Of a stretch of DNA of 39,203 bases, positions 25,801 to 34,752 are shown piece after piece. Location of the stretch: positions 1-39,203 of IMG/VR virus record IMGVR_UViG_3300031949_000097; one strand, given 5' to 3'. Source of the DNA: a virus (Duplodnaviria; Caudoviricetes). The position numbers and the translations under genes were made by a program. Under the pieces are notes generated by a model. The model searched no databases, was not told where the DNA came from, and was given only the letters and a program-made list of their open reading frames with translations. Within the stretch, counting starts at the first letter, position 1, and each line of letters starts with the position of its first letter.

Positions 25801-27765
25801 TCACGATAGGACCTCCGAGCTGACGAGACGGAAGCCGCCCCGCTCCACCGCCTCGTTGATCAGCCCGATCAGGTTGGCGATGTCCGCGCGGCTGCGGCCG
25901 CCGGCGTCGATGCGGTTCAGGATCTGAGCGGATGGACCGCCGCCGATGGCCGCCCTGGCCTCTCCGCGCAAGCCCCTGATCTGATGCCCGAGCTCGGCGA
26001 TGGCGTCGAAGTCGTCACGGAGGTTGGTTGGCAGGATGATCTCGCCCGGAGTGAGCATGGCTGCAACGGAATCCAGGCCAGGGAAACCGCCCCACACCAG
26101 GCCCCCAGACTGACCGAGTGCTCCTGCTGACGCCGCGGCGCCGCCCGCGGCCCTATCGGCCGCAGCCGCAACCGCGAATCCGGATGGCCCACCAATCAGG
26201 CTGATGGCGCGCAGGATCAGCGTCCTTGCGATCGCCTTGGCGATGTCAGCAAGCAGCTGCTTGAAGAACTGACCCCAGGCGATCTTCGCGCCGAACGCGG
26301 CATCGACGAGCGTGTCCCCGAACTGGAGCGCCGCGTTGGTGCCGGCCCCGCCGATGGCGGTCTGGATCTCCTCCCCGAGTGTCACCACCTCCTGCGTGTG
26401 GCGGGCGGTGATCTCACGGAGCTTGCTCAGGTCCTCCCCGATGGTCGGCAGGGTCTCGGAGAGCTTGAGGAACTGGCCCAGGAGGATGTCGAAGTCCTCC
26501 GGGCTGATGATGCCGGCCTCGGCCAGGGCGGCGAGCTGATTGAGCGATTGCCAGAAGGCATCCGTCTTGGTCTTCAGCTCGGGCAGCGTATCCACGCCGA
26601 GCGTCTTAAGCGTCTCGTTGAACTCCTTCAGGGGATCGACCGCGGCGGTGACGCCCTTGCCCAGCCGCTCCGGGATGCTCTCGGGCTTCTTGGTCTTCAG
26701 CTCGTCGATGATGCGGGCCAGCTCGGCGAGGGCCTTCTGCCCGGCGCTGCCGGCCAGGGCGCCGGCGTCCCGCAGTTTCTGCAGGGTGACGAGGAACTCG
26801 TTGCCCCACTTGGCGGCGTCCTTGAGCTCCTTGGCGCTCTCGGCCCCGAAGAGCGTCTTGGCCAGGTGGGGCGCCAGCTCCACGAGCTTCGCCCAAGTCA
26901 CCACGAGCTGGGCGACCTCGAGGTTCACGTCGATGAGCTGGATCTGCCAGGTCGCCAGCTGGACGCCCATGCGGGCGAGCGCGAGCACGGAGCGGGCCCA
27001 GAGCGTGATCAGCTCCTCGAAGCCCTCCCGGTGTTTCCCCACGAACTCCGTCGCGGCCTTGAGCCCCTTGCTGACGGCGGCCAGGACGGCCCGGAAGGCT
27101 TCGTTCTCGACGGTGGCGCCGCCGATCTTCTGGAGCAGGTCGTCGACGTCGTTGACGATCCGCTTCAACGCAACGCCCAGGCCCTGCCCGAGGGCCTCGG
27201 CGGTGCCCTTGGAGTTCGTCTCCAGGAACTTCACGAGCGCGCCCAGGCGCTCGGTCTTGGGAATGCTCTCGTCGAGGATGATGCCGAGGCGGGACAGGGA
27301 CGCGGTCTGGCCCTGGGCGGCCCGGGCCATCAGCTCGCCGGCAGAGGCGAGGTCCTTCCCGGTCACCGCCGCCAGCTCCAGCGTCGCGCGTGTGACTCGC
27401 GGCAGCTGATCGACGCCCACCCGGCCGAGCTGGATGAGCGTGGCCATGACCTCCTGGATGGCCTCGTCGCTCTGGCCGGTGGAGTCCTGCAGGTCGGACG
27501 CTAGCTGCCCGAGGGCCTCCCTGGCCTCTGCCGTGTTCTCGCCGACGGACCGGAGGGCGACCGCCAGCCGCAGGTCGGCCTCCTCCTGCTTGATGGCCCG
27601 GGCGGTGACCGCGGCGAAGGCGGCGCCCATGTAGGCGGCGCCGGCGGCGACGGCCGTGGCGATGCCCTGGACGGAGGTCAGGGTGGAGACGAGGCTCTTG
27701 AGCACGGCGTCGGCGTCGTTGCGCGCCTTGATGAGGATGTTGACGCTGCGCGTCCTATCGGCCAT
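25801..27765 (-). CDS. Tail tape measure protein
   Basis: 654 aa Ala/Leu-rich helical; VNILIKARND N-terminus; GG.V.GG.PG.DSVAAMLTPGEIIL C-terminal motif. Confidence 0.9.
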   Translation of the reverse strand: MADRTRSVNILIKARNDADAVLKSLVSTLTSVQGIATAVAAGAAYMGAAFAAVTARAIKQEEADLRLAVALRSVGENTAEAREALGQLASDLQDSTGQSDEAIQEVMATLIQLGRVGVDQLPRVTRATLELAAVTGKDLASAGELMARAAQGQTASLSRLGIILDESIPKTERLGALVKFLETNSKGTAEALGQGLGVALKRIVNDVDDLLQKIGGATVENEAFRAVLAAVSKGLKAATEFVGKHREGFEELITLWARSVLALARMGVQLATWQIQLIDVNLEVAQLVVTWAKLVELAPHLAKTLFGAESAKELKDAAKWGNEFLVTLQKLRDAGALAGSAGQKALAELARIIDELKTKKPESIPERLGKGVTAAVDPLKEFNETLKTLGVDTLPELKTKTDAFWQSLNQLAALAEAGIISPEDFDILLGQFLKLSETLPTIGEDLSKLREITARHTQEVVTLGEEIQTAIGGAGTNAALQFGDTLVDAAFGAKIAWGQFFKQLLADIAKAIARTLILRAISLIGGPSGFAVAAAADRAAGGAAASAGALGQSGGLVWGGFPGLDSVAAMLTPGEIILPTNLRDDFDAIAELGHQIRGLRGEARAAIGGGPSAQILNRIDAGGRSRADIANLIGLINEAVERGGFRLVSSEVLS

Positions 27766-27949
27766 GCCCTCTCCCCGCCTGCCGCTTCTTCATGTCGATC
27801 GCGTCCTGCTGGCCACCCCACTGCGCGGCCCAGAGGTCGATCGTCCAGGCCACCATCGCATCGCCCTCCCCAACCAGGGCGCTGGGCCGCGCGCCGTAAC
27901 GCTGGGCCACGCGATCCAGGGCGGTCATCGCGCCCCGGTTGGCGATCAA
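27755..27949 (-). CDS. Tail assembly chaperone T segment (probable -1 frameshift product)
   Basis: LDRVAQRYGARPSAL motif; -1 frame relative to the G gene, overlapping its CAC-CCT-TGA end. Confidence 0.65.
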   Translation of the reverse strand: MIANRGAMTALDRVAQRYGARPSALVGEGDAMVAWTIDLWAAQWGGQQDAIDMKKRQAGRGHGR

Positions 27950-28341
27950 GGGTGGACGGCCGCCGCCTTCTCTTTCGTGAGGCCGCTCAGGTCGAGGATC
28001 TCCTGGAAGAGGACGACCTGGTCCTCGATCGGGAAGTCGCCGGGCGTGGGCCCCACGGTCGGGTCCTCGACCAGCTTGGGCGTCGCCACGCCGGCGAGCA
28101 GCACCCGGCCAATCGACTCGAAGGCCTGACCCGGGTTCGGCCCGCCGCCTGTCTCGATCTGCTTGCGGATGTCCTTGGCCTCGAGCTTCGACAGCTCGAC
28201 CAGGTGCCCCAGCGCCTGCATCAGCCCGGACGGGCTGAGGCGGCGGATCCGGACCTTGTCTCCGGTGCTGATGGTGACATCGCGCGAGCCGATCCCCTGG
28301 AGCTTGTCGGCGGTGAGATAGCCGTTCGTCCCCTCCTCCAT
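27946..28341 (-). CDS. Tail assembly chaperone (gpG-like)
   Basis: Between tail tube and tape measure; GGAGGAGG SD; KVRIRRLS; ends ...VHP. Confidence 0.8.
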   Translation of the reverse strand: MEEGTNGYLTADKLQGIGSRDVTISTGDKVRIRRLSPSGLMQALGHLVELSKLEAKDIRKQIETGGGPNPGQAFESIGRVLLAGVATPKLVEDPTVGPTPGDFPIEDQVVLFQEILDLSGLTKEKAAAVHP

Positions 28342-28364
28342 GCCCTCCTCCTCCCGGCCGCCAG

Positions 28365-29339
28365 CTAGGCGACCGCGCTCTCGTTGTTGATCACCACCAG
28401 CGATAGCATCTCGCCGGCGGTCGGCTTCAGGACCTTGAACGGAATGGTGCTCTTCACGACGCCGGGCCCGGTCACCACGAAGGGATTGCCCGTCACCAGG
28501 CACTTCAGAGCGGTGAAGTCCATGCGGTTGAAGTTGGCGCCGAGCGCCGGGCCCGTGTGCAGGAGCTCCAGCTTGAACAGCGTGCCGGCGTCGAGCTTCG
28601 ACCAGTCGGCCTGGACGGCATCCATCGTGAGGGTGCCGCTGATGGCGCGCCGAGTGTCCGACCGGATCGGCTCGGCGATCTGCTTGGACCCGACGACGCG
28701 CTTCTCCAGGTCCAGGCCGTTGTTGACCGTCAGCTCCACGCTGTCGACCGGGCGCACGACGTCGTCGATCTCGACAGTCAGCTGGTGGCCGGCCACGTAG
28801 GTCGTGACCGACGGGAAGGTCGGGGAGACCGCCGCGATGATCGAGGCGTCCTTGGCGGCGCCGTCGAACTCCACCCGGCCGTTCTGCTCCGGGTTGAACG
28901 AGAAGGTGGCCTGGTTGATCTTGTAGCCGACGGCCCGCAGCTGCGGCGTCGACCCGGCATCCACGTCGCGGTTGACATGGAGGCTGAGGCCCTTCCCCGA
29001 CATGATCGTGTCCTTCAGCGTGATGGTGTGGGTCCAGCTGATCGCCGTCTCCAGCAGGACGGTCGAGACGGACGAGTCGCCGAAGAGGTGCTCGAAGAGG
29101 CGCAGGAGACCGCCGTAGTTGAGCTCGATGGAGAAGGGCCCGCGCGCGCCGAAGAGGCGGTCGTAGAGGTTGCCCTCGCGCTCGTCCAGGTCGCGAACGA
29201 CGGGACGCGCGACCCGGTCCCGTACCGTCTCGATGCCCTCTGAGATGAGCTCGGCGAACTTACTGGCGGCGACCCCCGTCCCCCAGGGCGTCTCCTGGGC
29301 CCAGCCGACAAATGAGTTGCGGCCAAAACCTCCGGGCAT
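28365..29339 (-). CDS. Major tail tube protein
   Basis: G.NSFVGWAQETPWGT, SLHVNRD, VGYKINQATFSF, ELTVNNGL, RRAISGTLT motifs of phage tail-tube proteins. Confidence 0.85.
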   Translation of the reverse strand: MPGGFGRNSFVGWAQETPWGTGVAASKFAELISEGIETVRDRVARPVVRDLDEREGNLYDRLFGARGPFSIELNYGGLLRLFEHLFGDSSVSTVLLETAISWTHTITLKDTIMSGKGLSLHVNRDVDAGSTPQLRAVGYKINQATFSFNPEQNGRVEFDGAAKDASIIAAVSPTFPSVTTYVAGHQLTVEIDDVVRPVDSVELTVNNGLDLEKRVVGSKQIAEPIRSDTRRAISGTLTMDAVQADWSKLDAGTLFKLELLHTGPALGANFNRMDFTALKCLVTGNPFVVTGPGVVKSTIPFKVLKPTAGEMLSLVVINNESAVA

Positions 29340-29521
29340 CAATCACCCCCTGCGCGTCTCGTGGTCCTGGGGGTGGCCTTGTCCGCCGCCTCCCAGTCCC
29401 GCGGGTTCTCTTTCGTGAGGGCCCGGCCGACGTCGTCCGGCACCTCGATGGTCCCGCCGTGGTCCACCTCGCCTGCGCCGGGCACGCTGACGGTGCCGGT
29501 TCCCTCGTATCGGACTTTCAT
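29339..29521 (-). CDS. Small hypothetical protein (MKVRYEG...G..IEVPD type)
   Basis: GAGGAGG SD; TGATG overlap with the tube gene. Confidence 0.75.
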   Translation of the reverse strand: MKVRYEGTGTVSVPGAGEVDHGGTIEVPDDVGRALTKENPRDWEAADKATPRTTRRAGGD

Positions 29522-29531
29522 GCCTGCCTCC

Positions 29532-29951
29532 TCACGGCTGGGCCCGCGGGTAGCGGTAGATGACGTCGACGAAGATGTCGCGGACATAGACCTGGCCGGC
29601 GATGCTCTTGGCCGTTGCGAACCGCCCGCAGCCCGACACCCAGGCGTCGAGCGCCAGGCCCCCGAGGCTCGGGTCGTCCTCGATCTCGGTCTCGATGGCC
29701 GCCCGCAGCGCGTCGAAAGCGTCCTGCGGCGTCTCGCTCGCGATGATGGTGGCGATGCGGAACCGGGCCGTCACCTCCTTCGACCGGGTCGGCGCGCGCT
29801 CCTTGTCGTCCTCGTCCAGGATGGTGTAGGCCGCCGGCAGGCTGGTCTCCTGGTTCCAGAGCCGCCAGTCCGAGCCGGTGGCCCCGATGCTCGAGACTTT
29901 CTTGATCTCGGTCGTCAGGGCTTCTCGGACGAGCTGGTCCTTACTGGGCAT
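29532..29951 (-). CDS. Tail terminator protein
   Basis: LPAA.....DE, IETEIEDDPSLGGLALD, V.Y.Y motifs; position before the tube gene. Confidence 0.78.
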   Translation of the reverse strand: MPSKDQLVREALTTEIKKVSSIGATGSDWRLWNQETSLPAAYTILDEDDKERAPTRSKEVTARFRIATIIASETPQDAFDALRAAIETEIEDDPSLGGLALDAWVSGCGRFATAKSIAGQVYVRDIFVDVIYRYPRAQP

Positions 29952-29957
29952 AGCGCC

Positions 29958-30425
29958 TCACTTCGGGATGGCCACGACCTCGAACGTCTCGCTCGGGGTG
30001 GTGCCGGCGATGTTCCAGCGGGCCCGGACGGCCTGCGGGACCGTCGTCAGCCGGGCCGAGTAGACGGCCGAGGTGACCACCGCCACCTCGGCGACGACCT
30101 TGATGACGTTGTCGGTGAAGGGGCCGGCGCCCGTGGTCGTCGCCTTGACCCGGTCGTCGACGGCGCACTCCGTCCAGTTGGTCCCGTCGGCCGAGCACTC
30201 GAGCCAGACGTCGAACGGGTTGACGGTCCCGGACCCGGCCGTCACCCGGACCTGCACGCTGCAGTTCCGCCAGTTGCCGAGGTCGACGGCCGTGCCGGTG
30301 CCGGGCGCCGTGTGCGCCCCCAGGGCCTCCAGGACGAGCTTCTCCCCGCCCAGGACCGGAGGTGCCAGGAACGTCAGGATCGCCAGCAGGAGGCAGTGCA
30401 GGGCGAGGATGCGGGTCACTCTCAT
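29958..30425 (-). CDS. Signal-peptide-bearing beta-sandwich protein in the neck operon
   Basis: MRVTRILALHCLLLAILTFLAPPVLG signal; V.LECSADGTNW...VRARWNIAGTTPS; GGAGG SD, ATG 30425. Confidence 0.72.
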   Translation of the reverse strand: MRVTRILALHCLLLAILTFLAPPVLGGEKLVLEALGAHTAPGTGTAVDLGNWRNCSVQVRVTAGSGTVNPFDVWLECSADGTNWTECAVDDRVKATTTGAGPFTDNVIKVVAEVAVVTSAVYSARLTTVPQAVRARWNIAGTTPSETFEVVAIPK

Positions 30426-30832
30426 CGGGACCTCCGGCCGCCCAGGCTGGGCGGGATGCCGACCAGGTCGACGACCCGGTCCTCGGTCGCCTCGAGGGCC
30501 GGGAGCGCGAACGGGAACGCGCGGGTGGCGGCGTGCCCGGGCCCCGCCTTCGTGCCGAACTCGAGGAAGTGGGCGAAGAAGGCCTTGCGCTGCAAGGGCC
30601 CGATGCGGGCCTCGTAGTCGATCAGGGACCTCACCTCGACCGTCGACGTGATCGCCGAGCGCACCCGCCGGCTGTGGGTCCTGCTTTCCATCTCCTCGGC
30701 CACCAGCTTGGAGGCCTCCTTCAGGCGGTCCCGGAGCCCTTGCTTCAGCTCGTGGTCGATCTGGGAGATGAAGCCCGTGACCTCCGGGATCCCCAGCGTC
30801 TTGACGTCGAGGAAGAACGTGTTGGGCGCCAT
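30422..30832 (-). CDS. HK97 gp10-like tail completion/neck protein
   Basis: AFFAHFLEFGT...AFPFALPALE motif. Confidence 0.85.
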   Translation of the reverse strand: MAPNTFFLDVKTLGIPEVTGFISQIDHELKQGLRDRLKEASKLVAEEMESRTHSRRVRSAITSTVEVRSLIDYEARIGPLQRKAFFAHFLEFGTKAGPGHAATRAFPFALPALEATEDRVVDLVGIPPSLGGRRSR

Positions 30833-31101
30833 CAGGCGGTCTCCACGAAGTTGCCCTGCAGGTCATAGAGCGCGCCCTGGCAGACCCAATAGAACTCCGG
30901 CCACGGACAGGGTTCGTCAGGAAGCGGCTCGTTCAGCGGCAGGCGGCCGATCCAGTCGCCCCAGTGGCGCTCCCCCGGCGTCGGCCAACCGTTGCACCGG
31001 GCCACGGCACCCTTCCTGCAATCGAAGACGCCGAGGATCTCGTACTGTTGGCCGTCCGGTCGAGGCTCCTTCAGCCGGCGGCCTACGAGCCAGATGTCCA
31101 T
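30832..31101 (-). CDS. Hypothetical protein
   Basis: 89 aa, IWLVG...YEILGVFD...AVA.C; TGATG overlaps on both sides. Confidence 0.7.
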   Translation of the reverse strand: MDIWLVGRRLKEPRPDGQQYEILGVFDCRKGAVARCNGWPTPGERHWGDWIGRLPLNEPLPDEPCPWPEFYWVCQGALYDLQGNFVETA

Positions 31102-32042
31102 CAGGCGGCCTCCAGCAGATAGGGCACGAGCCGGGTCTCCCGCGTCTCGACCATCTGCGCCGGGCGCAGATACGTGATCGAGCCATCCCCCAGGGTCTGG
31201 CTGAGCAGGTGCCCGGTGTCCCGGGTCATCAGCCGATAGACCACGTCCTCGGTCGCCAGTCCGACGATCGACTCCGGGACCCCGGCCAGGCCGGCGAGGT
31301 AGACCACGCGGTAGCGCTTCACGCCGGACGTCCAGACGGCGTCGGAACCCACCAGGTCGATGCGACCACGGCCCCAGTACCGGGGCTGCGTGCGCAGGCC
31401 GGCGAGGACGTAGGTGTGACGCGGGATGACCGTCAGGATCTCCGTCACGCCGCCGGCGCCGTCGTCCCGATACTCGACCGACTCCACGGACGTCACCGAG
31501 ACGAGCGGCCCCGCCGACAACACCAGGCTGCGGGTGCGGCTGCCGTCCAGGTACTCGGTGTAGGACTGCTCGACGAGGGTGCGGCCGAGCCAGGCCTGGT
31601 ACTCGTCGGAGACTTCGGAGATCAGCAAGTCGATGAGGGAATCGAAGGCATGCGGATCGCTCGGCTGGATCGGCTGGCCGGCGGCGTTCTTGAGCTGCAG
31701 GCGGGTGCGCACGCGATCGCGGCTGGTCAGCAGGGTCGCCGAGGCGGCCACGCCGGCCGAGACGACCAGGCCGTAAGGCTCCGTGCGCCCGTCGGCGGTC
31801 GGAACGTCGGGGTTGGTGAGCTCGAGCGTGTAGGTGCCGAGGAGCGAGGGGGTGAGGGTGGCCTGGACCCAGCCCGTGGCGAAATCGATCTTCGTCACTG
31901 CGGTCACCGAGTCGACCGTCCGGTCCGGCTTCAGCAGGTTCTTCGTGATCGCCGACGCCTGGCCGGCCACATAGTTCCCGTTGATGTCCCGGACGGGGTG
32001 CAGCACGCTGATCGGCACCCCGAGCTGGGCCTGGTAGGCCAT
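31101..32042 (-). CDS. Head-tail adaptor (HK97 gp6/SPP1 gp15-like) with N-terminal Ig-like extension
   Basis: C-terminal LTSRDRVRTRL...DSLIDLLI...GRTLVEQSYTEYLDG...PLVSVTSV...RVVYLAG...VPESI; ~100-aa beta-rich N-terminal domain. Confidence 0.8.
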   Translation of the reverse strand: MAYQAQLGVPISVLHPVRDINGNYVAGQASAITKNLLKPDRTVDSVTAVTKIDFATGWVQATLTPSLLGTYTLELTNPDVPTADGRTEPYGLVVSAGVAASATLLTSRDRVRTRLQLKNAAGQPIQPSDPHAFDSLIDLLISEVSDEYQAWLGRTLVEQSYTEYLDGSRTRSLVLSAGPLVSVTSVESVEYRDDGAGGVTEILTVIPRHTYVLAGLRTQPRYWGRGRIDLVGSDAVWTSGVKRYRVVYLAGLAGVPESIVGLATEDVVYRLMTRDTGHLLSQTLGDGSITYLRPAQMVETRETRLVPYLLEAA

Positions 32043-32055
32043 CCGCTCCCCCTAC

Positions 32056-32400
32056 TCAGGCGGCGTGCTTGGCGCAGAACCGCGAGCCCGGCACGACCGC
32101 GCGCTTGCAGGGATTCCCGGACCCGGTCTTGCCGGCGCAGACCGCGTTCGGCTGTCCGCTCTCCGGCGTCTCCGGCGCCGGCTTGACGGCTCGCTCCGGC
32201 TGAGGGCGGGCGCCGGCGCGCAGCCGCACCTCCGGCGCCTCGTCGTAGAGGACGCCCTCGACCGGCGCGCCGGCCGGCGCCTCCTCGGCGGCGGCGCCGT
32301 CGATCAGGCTCTTGCCGGTCTTGTCGGAGCACTCGATGACCTGGCGCGGCGCGTAGGAGAAGCGATCACCGGCGAGGCCCTGCTTCAGCTTGATCTTCAT
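32056..32400 (-). CDS. Post-capsid small protein with C-terminal C3H zinc finger
   Basis: MKIKLKQGLAG..FSYAP..VIE...LI..G.AE domain plus CAGKTGSGNPCKR...FCAKH. Confidence 0.75.
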   Translation of the reverse strand: MKIKLKQGLAGDRFSYAPRQVIECSDKTGKSLIDGAAAEEAPAGAPVEGVLYDEAPEVRLRAGARPQPERAVKPAPETPESGQPNAVCAGKTGSGNPCKRAVVPGSRFCAKHAA

Positions 32401-32470
32401 GATCCCCTCCGAGAGGGGACCAGGGCGGGCCCTCAAGGGCGCCGCCCCGGTCCGGTAACCGATCGGCGCC

Positions 32471-33802
32471 TTACGGCTGCTGCAGGACCCGGACGGCCGT
32501 GCTGCCGCCGGAGACCAGCTGGCCCTCGAGGCGCTGGAATGCGGCGAAGCCGACCTGCAGCGCGTTCATGTACTTCTCGCCGAAACGAATCAGGAACGGC
32601 TGCCCGGCCTTCCGGACGATGTACTTCTTCAACAGGCCGAAGACCATCGTCTCGTTGGTCGTGGCGACGGCGGCGTCCATGGCCTGGTTGATGAAGTAGG
32701 GGCGTCCCATGATGGTGGCGGGCGTCCCGGGCGTGGCGTCGGCCGGCATGAAGAGCGGCCGGCCGTTGCTGTCGACGATCTTCTTGACGACCTTCAGGAT
32801 GTCGTCGTGAAACATGAAGGCGGCGCCGGCCTGGCTGCGGTAGGACGGGTCGACCCCGTGCTCCAGGTTGACGATGTCGCCGTAGGCGATGGCGCCGGCG
32901 GCGGCCGCGGCGATGGGGGTGGTGTCGGCTAGGAGCGCCGTGATGAGGCCGCGGGGCTGCGAGGCGCCGGTCCCCGTGGTTGCCTCGGTATTGAAAATAC
33001 GGCCGATCCGCTCCGCGACGCTCTCGAAGAGGTCCGCCTCGAGATCGAACTCGGTGTCGACCAGCAGCGGCACCGGGACGAGGATGATGTCCGAGGTGTA
33101 GACGTAGGCCTTCAGCGTCACCAACGCGAACGTCGGGTCGACGTTCTCGGCCGCGGCCGTGTTCTCCGTGAGGCGGTGCCCGGTGTTGGCCACGTCGGTC
33201 ATCTTCGGCCAGGGCAGGTCGGCCCCATCCTCGGTCTGGATGACGCGGCAGGCCTCCATGATCCCGGAGAAGGACTTCTCGGCCTTGTCCAGCTCGGGCA
33301 TGAAGTCCTGGGCGATCGTAAAGGCGCCGGCGGCCCCGGTGATGGCGCTGAGGGCGCGCGCCTCCTTGGGGAGGCTGGCCTGGGCCCGCTTGACCTCCGC
33401 CCGCACCTCGTCGTCCCAGGCGCTCGGGTGCTTGGACATGAACGCGATCAGGGCCCGCGTGGCCCGGGCGCGGCTCTCCGGCGTGATGACATGCCGGCGG
33501 TCGCCGCGGAGGTCCTCGGGGACGGGATCACCGTCCCGGCCGGCCCGCCTGGTGTCGAGCTTCCGGAGGTCGGCCTCGCGCTGGTCGTGCTTCTGGCGCC
33601 GATCGAAGTCCTTCTCCTCGGCGTCGATCTCCTTGACGCGCGCCTCGAACTCGGCGTCCATCCTGTCCCACGACGCCTGCTCCTCGGCGGTGAAGGCGCG
33701 CTTATCGCCCTTGTCGTTGATCGTCTTCTTGTTGAGCGCGTTCATCTGCGCCCACAGGGCGAGGTTCTTCTGCTTGAGCTCGGTGGCTTGGGTGGAGGGC
33801 AT
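32471..33802 (-). CDS. HK97-fold major capsid protein with delta domain
   Basis: Coiled-coil N-terminus; GAFTIAQDF, VP..LL.D..FDLE, GTGASQPRG, DSNGRPLF, GRPY.IN.AM, QVGFAAFQRLEG. Confidence 0.95.
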   Translation of the reverse strand: MPSTQATELKQKNLALWAQMNALNKKTINDKGDKRAFTAEEQASWDRMDAEFEARVKEIDAEEKDFDRRQKHDQREADLRKLDTRRAGRDGDPVPEDLRGDRRHVITPESRARATRALIAFMSKHPSAWDDEVRAEVKRAQASLPKEARALSAITGAAGAFTIAQDFMPELDKAEKSFSGIMEACRVIQTEDGADLPWPKMTDVANTGHRLTENTAAAENVDPTFALVTLKAYVYTSDIILVPVPLLVDTEFDLEADLFESVAERIGRIFNTEATTGTGASQPRGLITALLADTTPIAAAAAGAIAYGDIVNLEHGVDPSYRSQAGAAFMFHDDILKVVKKIVDSNGRPLFMPADATPGTPATIMGRPYFINQAMDAAVATTNETMVFGLLKKYIVRKAGQPFLIRFGEKYMNALQVGFAAFQRLEGQLVSGGSTAVRVLQQP

Positions 33803-33962
33803 GGGCGGATCTCCGGTGAACCGTCAGTGTGACAGCTCACCGGGAATCTCCGCCCCGGTGGTGGGTCACGCCCGCCCGCGCTGCTGGCGCCTTGCCGGAA
33901 CGTCCGCTCCGGTAGGTGGCCCGCGGCGACCCGCACAGCGCGGTCGGGGGTAGGGTTAAGGT

Positions 33963-34577
33963 CTAAAGAGCCAGGCGCCGCAGGTGCAGGCACCGACTAC
34001 GCGAGTCTCTCTCTACCAGATCTGCGGGCGCTTGTCCAGCCCCCTTCTTTTGGGCCTCGACCGCCTGCCACGCCTGCATCGACCGCTGGGCGACCTGCGT
34101 GTCGGGCTGGGGGTAGGCCGGGAACGTGACGCCCGGGCTGACCTCGACGAGCGTGACCTTCTTGAGCGTCCGGACCTGGGTGCCGTCCGGCTCGGTGCCC
34201 CACTCGTGGGCGTCGGTGTAGAAGCTGAATGAGCAGCCGGTGACGTCCTTCCGCCGCAGGCTCACCAGGCGGTCGCGGAACCAGGTCGTCGCCGGCGGAT
34301 CGTTCTTGAAGGTCAGCCCGACCTCGTCCTCGGCCAGCTCGAGCGTCCCGGCCTTGTTGCGTCCCAGCACCAGGTCGTTCTCGTGGTTCCAGAGCGCCCG
34401 GATGTCGTGGATCTTGATGGTCTCGGCGAAGGCCCCGGGGGCGATCTTCTCCCGCCAGCCGCCAAGGTCGTCGCTCAGCTGGTTGAAGACGGCGATGTGG
34501 CCCTCGAGCTTGGGTGCCGTATCGTCGCCGACGACGCGCAGTTGCATGGGGAAGTGCCGGACCTCGAGAGTCTTCAT
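33963..34577 (-). CDS. HK97-family prohead protease
   Basis: LEGHIAVFNQLSDDLGGWREKIAPGAF, ALWNHE..LVLGR, GCSFSF, LVEVSPGVTFPAY. Confidence 0.95.
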   Translation of the reverse strand: MKTLEVRHFPMQLRVVGDDTAPKLEGHIAVFNQLSDDLGGWREKIAPGAFAETIKIHDIRALWNHENDLVLGRNKAGTLELAEDEVGLTFKNDPPATTWFRDRLVSLRRKDVTGCSFSFYTDAHEWGTEPDGTQVRTLKKVTLVEVSPGVTFPAYPQPDTQVAQRSMQAWQAVEAQKKGAGQAPADLVERDSRSRCLHLRRLAL

Positions 34578-34662
34578 CGTCTGACCCCTTTCCGTTTCGT
34601 GACCCGTGGCGGGCACCAGTAGCAACGCCTGTGGCGCCTGCCCATGCGTTGTGCCACCTCGC

Positions 34663-34672
34663 ATTGTATCAA
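34663..34672 (-). promoter_or_regulatory. Putative late promoter element TTGATACAAT (copy 2)
   Basis: Contains extended -10 TGnTACAAT, 85 nt upstream of the protease gene; identical to 39172-39181. Confidence 0.6.
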
Positions 34673-34752
34673 TCCGGGCGGCAGAACCGAGTCTCCCCGC
34701 AGGAGGGGGTGGATCGGATAGCCTCCCGGAGTGTAGGCCGCGCGGGCGCTCT

